This document shows positions 36,735-49,299 of a stretch of DNA of 64,000 nucleotides, in pieces. This DNA comes from Macrostomum lignano (lineage: Eukaryota). The position numbers were made by a program, and so were the translations under genes. Within the stretch, counting starts at the first letter, position 1. Every line of letters starts with the position of its first letter. The stretch is taken from positions 248,001-312,000 of the forward strand of contig NIVC01000455.1 in NCBI GenBank assembly GCA_002269645.1, in the 5' to 3' direction. The notes under the pieces are model-generated. The model saw only the letters and a program-made list of their open reading frames with translations, did not search any database and had not been told where the DNA came from.

Positions 36735-37410
36735 AGTACTCAAACAAGGATGAAGCTACCCTGAAGAAGTACAGGCCCCATCCACCAGTCCAGCCGTTCC
36801 AGAACGCCGCACCCCGATTCCCCGTGGAGTCGCAGTTGTAGGATTCGAGCAGCGTTTTCTCTCTTCCGGACACTCCGCTTGAGCCTGACCAGCCACGTGA
36901 GTCTCTGCTGCACGCTCGCGAGCTCCACGTTCTCCAGCCACATCTTGGACGACACTCCGTCTAGCTTGGCTCCTTCGCTGCTCCACTCAGTTGCTCCTGC
37001 TGGCGTCCGCATCGTCGCTCATCACCCAGGCGGCCCTCAGCTTCGAGCCCACACCCAGAATGAGCTTCCTGCTCAAGGTGAGGAACTTGGCGGCTCTGGC
37101 ATTGGCGAATGCGGCACAGCGGCGGGACTTCGAGCTCTCTGCAGCAGCGAGTCCATCGGTGAGGTGGCACACTGCGGTGTATTGGAAGAGCGAGCACTGG
37201 CGAGTGTCCGAGTCGAACTGGACTACCTGCAGGCCGCTCGAGCGCTCGGCTTTGAGCACGCAGTCAAGTTCGGAGTCGGACGGTCTCATCAGCAGCGCCA
37301 GCGAGTCGCTCAGGCAGCTCTTCGTCTCCAGACGGCGCCAACGTCGTTGGCAGTCGCAGCGGGCGGGCCGGGCAGCCAGGCAGACGAAGAGGACGGCGAG
37401 TAGAGCGCGG
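36735..37410 (-). pseudogene. PAN/LamG paralog P2, pseudogene
   Basis: Lacks exon 1 and the intron; 41-nt deletion of the LVCGQTQQWMSENV segment gives an early TGA; further +1 shift after RK; 3' end truncated after FEYYT. Confidence 0.85.
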
Positions 37411-38879
37411 GCTGGTTCTTCTGTAGGTCGTCTTGCATCTCTGAGCTGTTCGTTTTAACTTGCTGTCTCGGGATGCAGCAGGCGAGCGGGTTGGCAGTTT
37501 GTCTCTGCACCAATCGGCGCTTACATTGCTGGGAGTAGCACATGAAAGGTCAAAAAGCAAAAGTTTCCGCGCAGACGAGGAAGCCTTTGCCAGAGTCCAG
37601 TCGGTCTCCATCAGGCGGCTCTGAGAGCTCGACAGTTCAGTGTCCCGACCCTAATTAAGTGTGCCATGTGGTTCGGCTGGGGCTCGATGTGATTGAGCCT
37701 CGCAGTCCCTGGCGCCACCCAGAGAATCCGCATGGACAGCAGCAGCACTGAAGCGCTTCGGCTCACCGTCTTGAACACTTGGAGGTCGCGGAATTTACTT
37801 TTACCAATGTACAGATAAATTAAGATTATTATGGAGACATGCATGTTGTCTGCATGTTTGTCTCAATTGTCCACAGACACCACGGTCACCGCTGACACCT
37901 GGCAGCAGTGAAGGCTCCCACAGCCTCAAAAAAAGCTTAACAATGAAGAATCGTTTTGCAATTCAAAAGCCGAGCGCCGTCTTTCTCTTTTTCTAGTTTT
38001 AGGGTGCTAATGGAAAGTTACTAAGAAATACTTCCTATTATGAAGTTTATGAATTGACTCATATTTTGCACCATTTCCGAGTACAAAATTCGTCTATTGA
38101 AGAAGTCCCTCGATTCCATTTTTTAAGCTTAAAACACCAACTGCACTGAAGACTTAAAACTAGAGGCAGATCGATCCGTGACGCAAATGTCGCATCCACC
38201 GCTGGTTTTGGGATCGAGTGCCGATCTATTAGTAGCGGTGCTCACTGGACTATGAAGTCTTTTCTACTTTTAAGTAAATTCCATTAGATGTAACTGTTTT
38301 GCTCAAGCGATTCTGCAACTGTGTTTGATCCGATGCATCACCCATGAAGCACTGAGTATCAGTAATTATGTATCCTATGTTTACCTGCAATTTTTGTGTT
38401 TGATCCGATGCATCACCCATGAAGCACTGAGTATCAGTTATTATGTATCCTGTTTTTACCTTCAATTTTTTTCTAAATTTTTTACTGGCATCAGCTCTAG
38501 CAACGCAGCTTCGCTAATGCAGGGCCTTATTTAGCTAACATCAGGACACGCAAGGTTATGGCCATGAGTCAGGGTCTCCCTGCAAGATGAGGCCGGTTTT
38601 TTACAGGGGCACAGCGAAGAGATGTACCAACTTTGATGCATCGGCGAGGTCGTCGGCGTAGCCAAGCTCATTCAGACGCTTTTCGCCGTGGCGGCGACCG
38701 ATGCGTCTGCGCAGCAGGAAGCCGTCGTCAGCCAGGGAGCGCGGTCTGGAGCACCCAGTCCAGCCGCAGCACAAAGAGGAACGGTGCTAGCGTGTCGTGT
38801 CGCCCTGCAAAATTCCCGATTAATTTTCAAACAGGTCAGACTGGCCGCTCGCCATCACCACAGCAGTTCGAGTATCGCT

Positions 38880-40650
38880 TTGATTAGCTGCCTTCGACCC
38901 GGTAGGCTCGAAGGACGAAGGGAAGCGCGGCTCTCAGCACCGAGTCAAACGCCTTTCGAAAGTCAACGAAGACAATGATCAGCATAGACTGGCGGATGCG
39001 CGCTTCCTCGATGACACGGCGGAGTGCGATGATCTGTGTCACTGTACCGCGTTGCGGCCGGAATCCGTTCTGCTCGTACCGAAGGTACGGGTCTAGCACC
39101 GACTGCAGACGATCCAGCAGCAGCCGGTTGAAGAGCTTCGCGAGGCAGGACAGCGAGATCCATCCGTGGTGGTCTTCTTTCCACGTTGTTCCTGCCTTCT
39201 TCGGGATCGGCACGATGTGCGCGACGGTCCACTCGGTGGGCGAAGAGGCGCGGGCGAGCACGCTGGTTCACGACGCCTGTGACCTAGGAGGCCACACAGC
39301 GGAGCGGCAGCTCTTCGACCGAAACTTTCTTGGGGCCGAGCGCCTTGCCGCCTAGTGTTTCCCGAGCGAACAGCACAACGTCCTCCATGGTAACTAGGCT
39401 AATGCAGATGTCCTCCTCAGCTGGGAGCGGCATGTCCAGTGGGAGCGCAAAACTGACAAACAGTGACGACGATGGCGCGTTCACTCCTGCATTCACTCCC
39501 GCAATTCATTCCTGCGCTCCTCCGAGGTATCACCGGCCATATTCAGCGCCACGCGCTTTTTGCGTCCCGTCAGAGTCCGGACGGCCGTCCACACTGCGCG
39601 GCTCCTCACTTCAGGCCGGCTGCAGTAATGGTCCGGACGGCGTCGTCGACAGCGGCCTGCTGCCGCTCATCTAGAAGGCGCTCAAACGCGTCTTCAGCGT
39701 CGCCTGTCGGCCGCCGGTTTCTGCGGAGTCGCTCGATGCTGAGCCACGCTTGCCTGATGGTCGGGTCGCTCTGCCAGAAAGCCAGCGATTTCTGCGCCGG
39801 TTGCATCAGCGGGACTGTCTGCTCCGCAGCAGCCCTAACGGTGGTGCTGATGTCGGAATACTCCGCCTCACGTTGGTCTCCTAGCGCGCCGACGAAAGGG
39901 GCCCACGAATTTGACGATTCACGCGGATGTCCGACAGAGCGCGATAGTAGCGCCGTGGCCGCTGCTTTGGAGGTCGGTAGAGCTGGTCGTGGAGCCGCAA
40001 GTCGCAGAGCAGGAGTCTGTGGTCTGACCGGAGAGCTAGCGGAGCCATGGTGTCGCAGTTGGTGACGCGGCGGCGCTCGCGAGTGCGAACCAGCGCATGG
40101 TCGAGTTGTGCCAGTCTCCTCGTGGCGTTCTGCCCGCGTGCGTTCCGCCGCCTTCTCTTGCAGCCGGCAAAGGTGACCAGACGGCAGGGGGCTTGGGTGT
40201 TCGCAGACACCAGGTCTAGCCGGTCAAGCAGGTCCTCCAGCGCATCGGTGTTGGCGTTCTCGCGTCCCGCGACAAAGGGTGAGCGCTCGGACCTCCGCGG
40301 GACTGCGTTCAGGTCTCCGAGCACCGCCAGCGTGTCGCGGTTTTGCACCTCTTCCAGCTGCCTAGCCAGAAAGTCGAAGAAGGAACGAGCCTCCTCAGGG
40401 TGAGCAGCAGTGGGTGCATACGTGCACAACATCCGGATGCAGCGGGCGCGCTGGTCGACCCCTATCAGTCGGGTCGACCTCCTCCTGCAGCATGATGAAG
40501 TCCAGCTGTAGGTCGGGGGCAGGTGGACGAGAATGATGCGACGCCAGGGGCCTTCAGAGTTCGGCAGTTAATCGTGCGGCCAACTGGTACAGCTGGGGCC
40601 AGATTGAGATTGGCCTCGTGGTCCCCGGCGCCACCCGGTGGATCCATAGT
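38880..40650 (-). mobile_element. Degenerate APE-RT non-LTR retrotransposon (RTE-like), endonuclease plus N-terminal RT
   Basis: TINCRTLK, YAPT, LGDLNA, QLDHALV, SDHRLL endonuclease motifs; IVPIPKK, YEQNGFRPQRGT, FVDFRKAFDSV RT motifs; frameshifts. Confidence 0.9.
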
Positions 40651-40892
40651 TGGAATAGCAGGGACGGGGGGCAACAGGCGCCTGGCCGCGCCACGGAGTC
40701 GCCCTCGCCGGTTGCGCTCACGTCGCCGCTCAGTGCGACATTGCGCGCTGGGCCGACCTCTGAGTGTCCCTGGTGCGCTGAGCTTTGCTACCGCAGCCGA
40801 GGCGCGGCCGTTCGAGCCAACCGAGGTCATGCGCGATCTGTTGATCTGGCCGCGATGCCAGGAGGTGGCAGCACTATTTGCACGGGCGTCCA

Positions 40893-41167
40893 AATATAAT
40901 GGCTCTGCAAATATAATGGCTCTGCAAATATAATGGCTCTGCAAATATAATGGCTCTGCAAATATAATGGCTCTGCAAATATAATGGCTCTGCAAATATA
41001 ATGGCTCTGCAAATATAATGGCTCTGCAAATATAATGGCTCTGCAAATATAATGGCTCTGCAAATATAATGGCTCTGCAAATATAATGGCTCTGCAAATA
41101 TAATGGCTCTGCAAATATAATGGCTCTGCAAATATAATGGCTCTGCAAATATAATGGCTCTGCAAAT
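40893..41167. repeat. 17-bp perfect minisatellite AAATATAATGGCTCTGC
   Basis: Direct tandem repetition. Confidence 0.97.
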
Positions 41168-41741
41168 AACCTCTGCTTTTTTTCTATTAACCTCTATTAA
41201 CTTTCTATTAATTTATAAATATTTCTATTAACTTAAACCTGAAACTTTGGCTCGCTATAGCCGATTGTGTCACCGAGCCCGAACTCAGAAGCGCGCTCTC
41301 CGTCGCCCACCGCCAGCTCATTTATATACGTATGTTTCATTGAAAAACACCTCAAATCTCTAGGCTCAAAGATTAGCGCTTAACAAATTTCTTGCGACTG
41401 CCGATTGGCTGACACCAATCGCGCGTACATGCTAGCCTATCCAACTTGGCACGAAGGCTAGAGGTAATGCGGAGGGGAGTCCGGCCAATCAGAGCTGGGT
41501 ATGCAATAAACCCACCCTATTCAGACGATTGGGGTTGGAATACGCAAACGAGGCAGAGGGTTAGTTAGAGTGCAATGCCCGGCCGACGACCAATGGCCAG
41601 AGATTGCTCATCGGTGTAGATGCAGCCGTTCACAACAGAAGAAAGGAAACTTTTCAGTGCTACAAGGACGTCATTTCTTAAAAAAACATGGTGTGTTGAA
41701 GTTTTGAGTTTTTGAGTTGCAGTGGCCGAGCGGCTCGCAGG

Positions 41742-42850
41742 TCAGCGCACCAAGCCGAAGAAGCTGTTGATCTCAGCCTCCGTCATTGTGTCGTTCATGA
41801 AAGCCACCGCATGCACCGTGCCGTTCAGCATTCGCGAGTCGCCAGGTCGAAATCCCAAGCGGATGCAGCGGCATGTCGACACGGTTGCGTTACGCTCATC
41901 ACCATGATTCAAACTGGATTGCGGCACGAACGCGGAGTTGGAGAAGAAGTCGAGGCTTGACGGAGACGCCGAAGTGACGCCGACCTCAACAAATCCGTTC
42001 GGGTCAAACGAGTTCGTGGCAGATGGTGTAAAGTACTCAAAGTAAGATAAAGCGACTCTGAAGAAGTACAGGCCCCATCCGCCTGTCCAGCCGTCCCAAA
42101 ACGCCGCGCCTCGATCCCCCGTGGAGTCGCAGTTGTAGGATTCGAGCAGCGTTGCCGCGACTCGGACAGTCCGCTTGAGCCTGACCAGCCACGTGAGTCC
42201 CTGCTGCACGCTCGCGAGCTTTACGTTCTCCAGCCACATCTTGGACGACACTCCGTCGAGCTTGGCTCCCTCGCTGCTCCACTCCACATTCTCCGACATC
42301 CACTGCTGCGTCTGGCCGCACACCAAGTTGCTCCTGCTGGCGTCCGCATCGTCGCTCATCACCCAAGCGGCCCTCAGCTTCGAGCCCACACCCAGCATGA
42401 GCTTCCTGCTCAAGGTGAGGAACTTGGCAGCTCTGGCATTGGCGAATGCGGCACAGCGACGGGACTTCGAGCTCTCTGCAGCAGCGAGTCCATCGATGAG
42501 GTGGCACACTGCGGTGTATTGGAAGAGCGAGCACTGGCGAGTGTCCGAGTCGAACTGGGCCACCAGAAGGCCGCTCGAGCGCTCGGCTTCGAGCACGCAG
42601 TCGAGGACGGAGCCCGATGGTCTCGTCCACAACACCAGCGAGTCGCTCAGGCAGCTCTTCGTCTCCAGGCGGCGCCAACCTCGCTGGCAGTCGCAGCGGG
42701 CGGGCCGAGGAGCCAGGCAGACGAGGAGGACGGTGAGCAGAGCGTGGGCTGGAAAGTGACCGGCTGAGCTGAGCGAGCTGGAATTGCGATAATTGCATGA
42801 AAAATGACATGAGACAATGTTTCAGGATTCTGCTCACCTGAATATTGCAT
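41742..42850 (-). CDS. Secreted PAN/apple-like + LamG-like protein, paralog P3, intact, 339 aa; exons 42850-42838 and 42748-41742
   Basis: ATGCAATATTCAG|GTGAGC, 89-nt intron, TTTCCAG|; gives signal peptide MQYSAHALLTVLLVCLAPRPARC; 1020 nt in frame to TGA. Confidence 0.8.
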
Positions 42851-44444
42851 TTTTACACCTAAATATGTGATTTTTTATCAAGTTGAGTTAAGTTAACTCG
42901 CATTGTGTATCTGCGAAGGCTTTGCCTCCTAGGCCGTCTTGCATCTCTGAGCTGCTCGTTTTACTTGCTTTCTGACTTAAGCGTAGTAGGTGATTGGGTT
43001 GGCAGTTTGTCTCTGCACCAATAGGCGCTTACATCGTGGGCAGTCTGGCGTGAAAGGTAAAGAATGCAATATGGTTTTACGAAGACGAAGAAGCCTTTGC
43101 CAGAGCCCAGGCGGCCTCCGTCAGGCAGTTCAGCGTCCCGACCCTTAGTGTGTCCTGTGGTACGGCTGGGGCTCGATTCGACCGAGTCCTTGGCGTCACC
43201 CCGAAGATCCACATGGGCCACAGCAGCACTGAAGCGCTTCGGCTCACCGTCTTGAACACTTGGAGGTCGTGGCATCTAACTTGTACCAATGAACAGATTA
43301 ATTATGACTGCATGTATGTCTGACTTGTCCACAGTCGCTGCTGACGCCACAGTAACCGCTGACACCACAGTCATCCGGCAATCCCAAACAATGAAGAATC
43401 CTTTTGCAATCCAGAAGCCTAGCTCCATTTTTTTCTTTAGCAGGATGCTCATGGAAAGTTACTGAGAAACACTTCCCATCAAGAAGATTTTCAATTGATT
43501 CATATTTTTGCACCATTTCTGAGTGCAGAATTAGTCTAGCCAAGAAGTCCCTCGTCGATGTTTTCTTTAGCTTGAAAGAAACCAACTGCACTGAAGACTT
43601 TCTCTTCAGGTGGTAGAACAAACTAGTGGCAGATCGATCCAGCAAGGCATTCGTGACGCAAATATCGCATCCACCGCAGGTTCTGGGATCGAGTGTCGAT
43701 CAAATGCATTATAGTGACGGTGCTCACTGGATTGTGGATTCCTTTCTACTTTTTAAAATAAACTCCATTAGCTGTTTCGCTCAAGCGATTCTGCAACTCA
43801 TCTCACGGCTGATTCTCCGGTGCCAAGTCTGCTAAAAAAGTAGTGAAGACAACTTAGCAATTCAAGCGCGTTTGATGGTGTTTGCATCCGATGCATCACC
43901 CACGAAGCATTGGGCGTCAGTTTTATGCGTTCTATGTTTACCCGCATTTTTTTCTAAGATATTTACACTGGCATCAACCCCAGCAATGCAGCTTCGCTAA
44001 TGCAAGACCTTCTTTAGCTAGCATCGAGACACAAGGTAAACGGCCATGAGTCACGGTTTCCGTGCAGGATGAGGCAGGGGCATAGAGGAAATGCACAAAC
44101 TGCTTGCTTGCTTTTATACTTCGTGTGATACAAGGAGCCGGAGCTTCTTTTGGAGTTGTCAAACTCCATTCACTTATGCACATGTGAATGCATCAATCAT
44201 TCACAGAGTTATTAATTAGACTTAGCTCGTATATTCGTACACGCGTACTTTGATGTTTCTCAATTTTCATTTTTTTGCAATTCAAAGACCACAAAGATGC
44301 TGGATAGATGATGTTTCTTATACTGATCAAGCAAAACTGCAGTGCCATTATAATTGTTATTAAAATGTACTGAAATTTGCACACCTGCTCTGGTATGTAA
44401 ACTTTTTATCTATTATTTTTATTTATTATTATGTGCCTCCAGCA

Positions 44445-44808
44445 GGGGGGGCCGTAGCCCAGCGGTAGCGCAGCTGCTCTGGTTTGCCAGCGACCCAGGC
44501 TCGATTCCAAGTGCAGTCACATTAATTTGGGGCTGAATTGGAATCTCGGCTTGGCTCTGCTCGTGCAATTAACGGCCTTGAGAGCCAACCCCCCAAGGGC
44601 GCAGTGAAGTGTACATGCCTAACGATAAAATAAAGTTTGGGCCGCTGTACACTCCTGTGTGAGTGTGCGCCTGCGTACGTATCCGCGCGCTTGTATGCCT
44701 GCTCAGGGGAGTGGGCGGAATGGGCAGTAATGCCTCTCGCCGGTTGTGTGCCTATGTCGCTTAAAGTGCGCCAGGGTGCACACAACCCCCCTGCCTCTAA
44801 TAAAAAAA
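44445..44808 (+). mobile_element. Full-length tRNA-derived SINE (364 bp) with A-rich tail and 14-bp TSD
   Basis: A box TAGCCCAGCGGTAG, B box GGCTCGATTCC, tail AATAAAAAAAA; ATGTGCCTCCAGCA at 44431-44444 and 44809-44822. Confidence 0.88.
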
Positions 44809-46161
44809 ATGTGCCTCCAGCACGCAGAAGCATCAGCCTGCAGGCGTCACTGCCAATCAGAGATTTTGCTCGCCACGTCTGTCGTATCGCGTGACTCAGC
44901 GGGTGTACATTGAGTACACTCGCTGTTTTATTTTATCGATTGACTGACAATGCTTCATTGAGCGTGACTAGTGTGTGCGTTCTTTTAAAACCCTTGTGCT
45001 TTTATGCATCAATTATTCTTACGTTCGCTTGTACCAAAAATATAAAAGTCGTCTAGTGAGCTCAGAGCTCAATACTTTTGGTTTCTCGCACTAACCACTA
45101 TAGAGTTGTTTTAACGTCGTACTGTGCGTTACCCTCGCCATGCTGAATTTGTTAAACTGGCTACTTGGTGAAATTGATCCAACTCACTACTCACATTTTG
45201 CCCTTCAAAATTGCTATTCAGCGGGAGAGTAGCACCACAACTCAACGGTCATTAAATTCAGCATTGCAGCTACCTTTACTCTTAGTAGTAGTTAAGTGTG
45301 TTTGCGTCTGAGTTCAACATTCACTCCATACTTCTTTACCCAGATTTGTCATCTTTGCCGAGTGCTGCGCATGCATGCTATAAATCAAAGGAAATAAACA
45401 CGAGTAAAAGGCGGGACATGTCATTTCTGATCGATCAATCCTGATTAGTTTGACCTTTTAAACACAGTCAAAGTAAGTAAAGAATCCGAAATCTCCCAAG
45501 CACAGACTAGCTGCAAATTGGCCTTGAACACGAAGCATTAAGTCTTCACATGCGCCCTAAGGACTTCGAAAGTAACTTATCGCACAATTAGTCGTTGATG
45601 AGCATAAGCCCAAAATACTGAACGCAAGAAAAGTCACGCAGAATTATCGAAGTGTTGCGGCACGGCCTGATCGAAACTAACTGGTTGGACTCTTCAGCCG
45701 ACGGGCCCGAGATCGCCTCAGTCCGCTGGCCGGACTGACTTCGATTACTGAGCGTAAGGTCATGTCTAGGGACTTGATCAGCCCGTCCCTAATCCCATCA
45801 GATTCAGTGTCCAGAGTGGCAGCGTCTCCCACGGAAGGAACAGAGAATACTCAATAATTGTTCTTCTTTGATACTTCGGCCAAAAATCTAGGTAGAGCGA
45901 GGCATAGCCCATTGTGTCGCCGAGTCCGAACTCAGCAGCACGCTCTCCCTCGCCCACCGCCAGCTCATTTATATACGTATACGATCGTATTTCATCAAAT
46001 AACCCCTCAAATCTCTAGGCTCATAGATTTCTTCCGACTGACGACTGGCTGACAACAAGCGCGTACATACTAGCCTATCCAACTTGGCACGGAGGCTAGT
46101 AATTGGGAATGGGAGCGCGTGTCGGGCAGTCCGGCCAATCAGAGCTGGATATCAAATAAAC

Positions 46162-47262
46162 AATTGGTGCATGAATAGCCGTTCTTTACCGATATTGTAT
46201 GATTTTGAAGGCGTTTGGACCATTGATATTTAAAGCGTGAAACTATCAGTTTGGGCAATGATGCATTGTTGCACGCTCAAAATACTTGGTCTTATCTATC
46301 TATGGTAGTGTCTATGGTCCAAAATAGAAAGTGTAAACATGAAGTTGTAAGTCAAATATGTAGCAGAAGGTTCATAGCTTAGCTATAGCTCAACGCGCGA
46401 CTGCAACCAAAGGCAAATGGCTTAAATTTTGGATTCAACAACCGGCACTTGTATCGGACTATTGCACGCGTCGCAAGGTGACGTTGTTGGAGCTTCGAGT
46501 TCCCAGTTGGGCGAAAGAGTTGAGCGAGAGTCCGCAATGCAATGCACGCTTGAGGATCTCATTCAATTGGACGCCGATGAAGTTGAAGCTCCTCCGCTGA
46601 GATCAATGAAATGGATATTATGCAATTGGGCAATACGCCGGTCTGTTCTAGTCCGAGAAAATTGGTACTTCGTAAGTTTAGCGAGGTTCTCCTAAGCAAC
46701 AGCTACTCCTGCGATCCGGCGACAGCCGATTTTCAACATCCAGGTTTGCGCATCTTCTACGCTTACGCAAGATTGATGGCGGATTTTATGCGCCTGCTTC
46801 ATTGATTACCGCTTGAGCTGGTCTATTCCGCTATCTACCTTCGTGTCTGTGGAATCACTATCATCGAGGATCAACGTTTCGGAAGGGCCAATTTTTAATT
46901 CAAAGCCACCACCGCCAACGTTCAAGTCAGGTGGCTCCGTGAAACCGTTCTGTGCTTTGGAGACAGGATTTGGAAAAGTAACGCCGCTACTTTGACCGAA
47001 TTGATCCCTTCTGGACCCGAAATTGACCAAATGGACCGAATAGACCGAATGGACCAAATGGACCAAAATGATCCATTCTTCAACAGGTGTCCTACGTGCT
47101 TGCTATCTTTTGTTCGCAGGCCTATTGACTGAGTTGAGATTCTGGCTCGCTTAGATTTTTGCTGAAGTGATTTCTCAGTGTGGTTTGGCCATAGAAGTTT
47201 TAGGCGTGCAGCAATTTGGCTTCATTGGTGGACCCCCCCTAAAAACCCCTCCAAAATGATAC
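46162..47262. mobile_element. Unclassified 1.1-kb insertion with 7-bp direct repeat AATAAAC
   Basis: Interrupts a flank that is contiguous in the paralogous unit (GCAATAAACCCACC near 41505); AATAAAC at 46155-46161 and 47263-47269. Confidence 0.55.
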
Positions 47263-47501
47263 AATAAACCCAACCCCAATCCAGACGATTAGGGGTGGGA
47301 TATGCAAACGCGGCAGGAGTGGTTAGAGCGCAATCCCCGGCCCAACTGACCAAAAGACAAAGATTGCTCATCGGTGTAGATAGATGCAGCCGGGCACAAC
47401 AGAAGGAAACTCTTCAGTGCTAAAAGACGTCGTTTTTTAGAAAACATCGGTGCATTGAATTGTTTAGTTGGTAAGTTTGCATTGACCGAGCGGCTGGCAG
47501 G

Positions 47502-48615
47502 TCAGCGTACCAGGCCGAAGAAGCTGCGGATCTCAGCCTCCGTCATCGTGTCGTTCATGATGGCCACCGCCTGCACTGTGCCGTTCAACATTCGCGAGTC
47601 GGCAGGTCTAAATCCCAAGCGGATGCAGCGGCATGTTGACACGGCTGCGTTACGCTGAGGACCAGCGCTCACAACAGACTGCGGCACGAACGCGAAGTTA
47701 GAGAAGAAGTCGCGGCTTGACGGAGACGCCGAACTGATGCCGACCCTTAACGAATCCATTCGCGTCAAACGAGTTCGTTACAGATGGTGTGAAGTACTCA
47801 AAGTAAGATGAAGATACCCTGAAGAAGTACAGGCCCCATCCGCCAGTCCAGCCGTCCCAAAAGGCTGCGTTCAAAGCCGTGGAGTCGCAGTTGTAGGATT
47901 CGAGCAGCGTTGCCTCCTTCCGGACAGTCCGCTTGAGCCTGACCAGCCACGTGAGTCCCTTCTGCACGCTCGCGAGCTCCACGTTCTCCAGCCACATCTT
48001 GGACGACACTCCGTCGAGCTTGGCTCCCTCGCTGCTCCACTCCACATTCTCCGACATCCACTGCTGCGTCTGGCCGCACACCAAGTTGCTCCTGCTGGCG
48101 TCCGCATGGTCGCTCATCACCCAAGCGGCCCTCAGCTTCGAGCCCACATCCAGCATGAGCTTCCTGCTCAAGGTGAGGAACTTGGTGGATCTGTCATTGG
48201 CGAATGCGGCACAGCGGCGGGGCTGCGAGCTCTCTGCAGCAGCGAGTCCATCGATGAGGTGGCACACTGCGGTGTATTGGAAGAGCGAGCACTGGCGAGT
48301 GTCCGAGTCGAACTGGGCCACCAGAAGGCCGCTCGAGCGCTCGGCTTCGAGCACGCAGTCGAGGACGGAGCCGGAGGGTCTCGTCCACAGCGCCAGCGAG
48401 TCGCTCAGACAGCTCTTCGTCTGCAGACGGCGCCAACCTCGCTGGCAGTCGCAGCGGGTCGGCCGAGGAGACAGCCAGACGAGGAGGACGGTGAGTAAAG
48501 CGCGGGCTGGAAAGTTAGGAATGATTGGCTTAGCTGAGGGAGCTGGCTTTGCGATAATTGCGTGAAAAATGACATGAGACAATGTTTCAGGATTGTGCTC
48601 ACCTGAATATTGCAT
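47502..48615 (-). pseudogene. PAN/LamG paralog P4 with a +1 frameshift near 47745 (pseudogene or assembly error); exons 48615-48603 and 48506-47502
   Basis: Same two-exon structure as P3; GTTAAGGGTC versus GTTGAGGTC in P1/P3; the C-terminus continues in the adjacent frame (47502-47768). Confidence 0.75.
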
Positions 48616-49299
48616 TTTTACACTGAATTATGTGATTTTTTATCAAGTTGAGCTCAGCGCTCTGACTCGTGTTGTGTATTTGCGAAGGCTTTGCCTATTT
48701 AGGCCGTTTAGCATCTCTGAGCTGTTCGTTTTACGTACCATCCTGGGTTGCAGCAGGCAGTTGAGTTGGCAGTTTGTCTCTGCACCAATAGACGCTTACA
48801 TTGGTGGCAGTAGGACGTGGGTGGTAAAAATTCTATTCAAAAAGTTTCTGCGCAGACAAAGAAATATAAAAGACAATCCGAGAACTGCTAGAATTCTTCT
48901 TTTTTTCTTTTTCAAAGGCGCTTGAGCTTTCACTTGTAGCGTGGGACGGCAAAAGTCCCGACGACTGTTCACCCCCCCCCACCCCCCGATGCGTCTAGTA
49001 GCTATGAGTCGCAACCCTGCGTGGGCTTAAGCTTCACGCTTCGATGACTCTTTTGCCTCTAACTTTGCTGCCTACCTGTCAATTGTCTTCTACGATTGGG
49101 TAGGGTGTGTTGGAGAAAAGTTTCTCCGCCATGCGCTGTCTGTGTCTTCCCAGCTCGTGTCCGCCTGGCTTGAGCCTAAGCCTTGCAGTTTCTTCCTGCC
49201 GATTTGACTTTGCCAACGACGAACAACAAAATACGCTGTCAGAGTCTTTAGAAGGCAGCGTCACAGGGCGCGCTTCTGGGCCAGGTCGCGAATGCAGGC

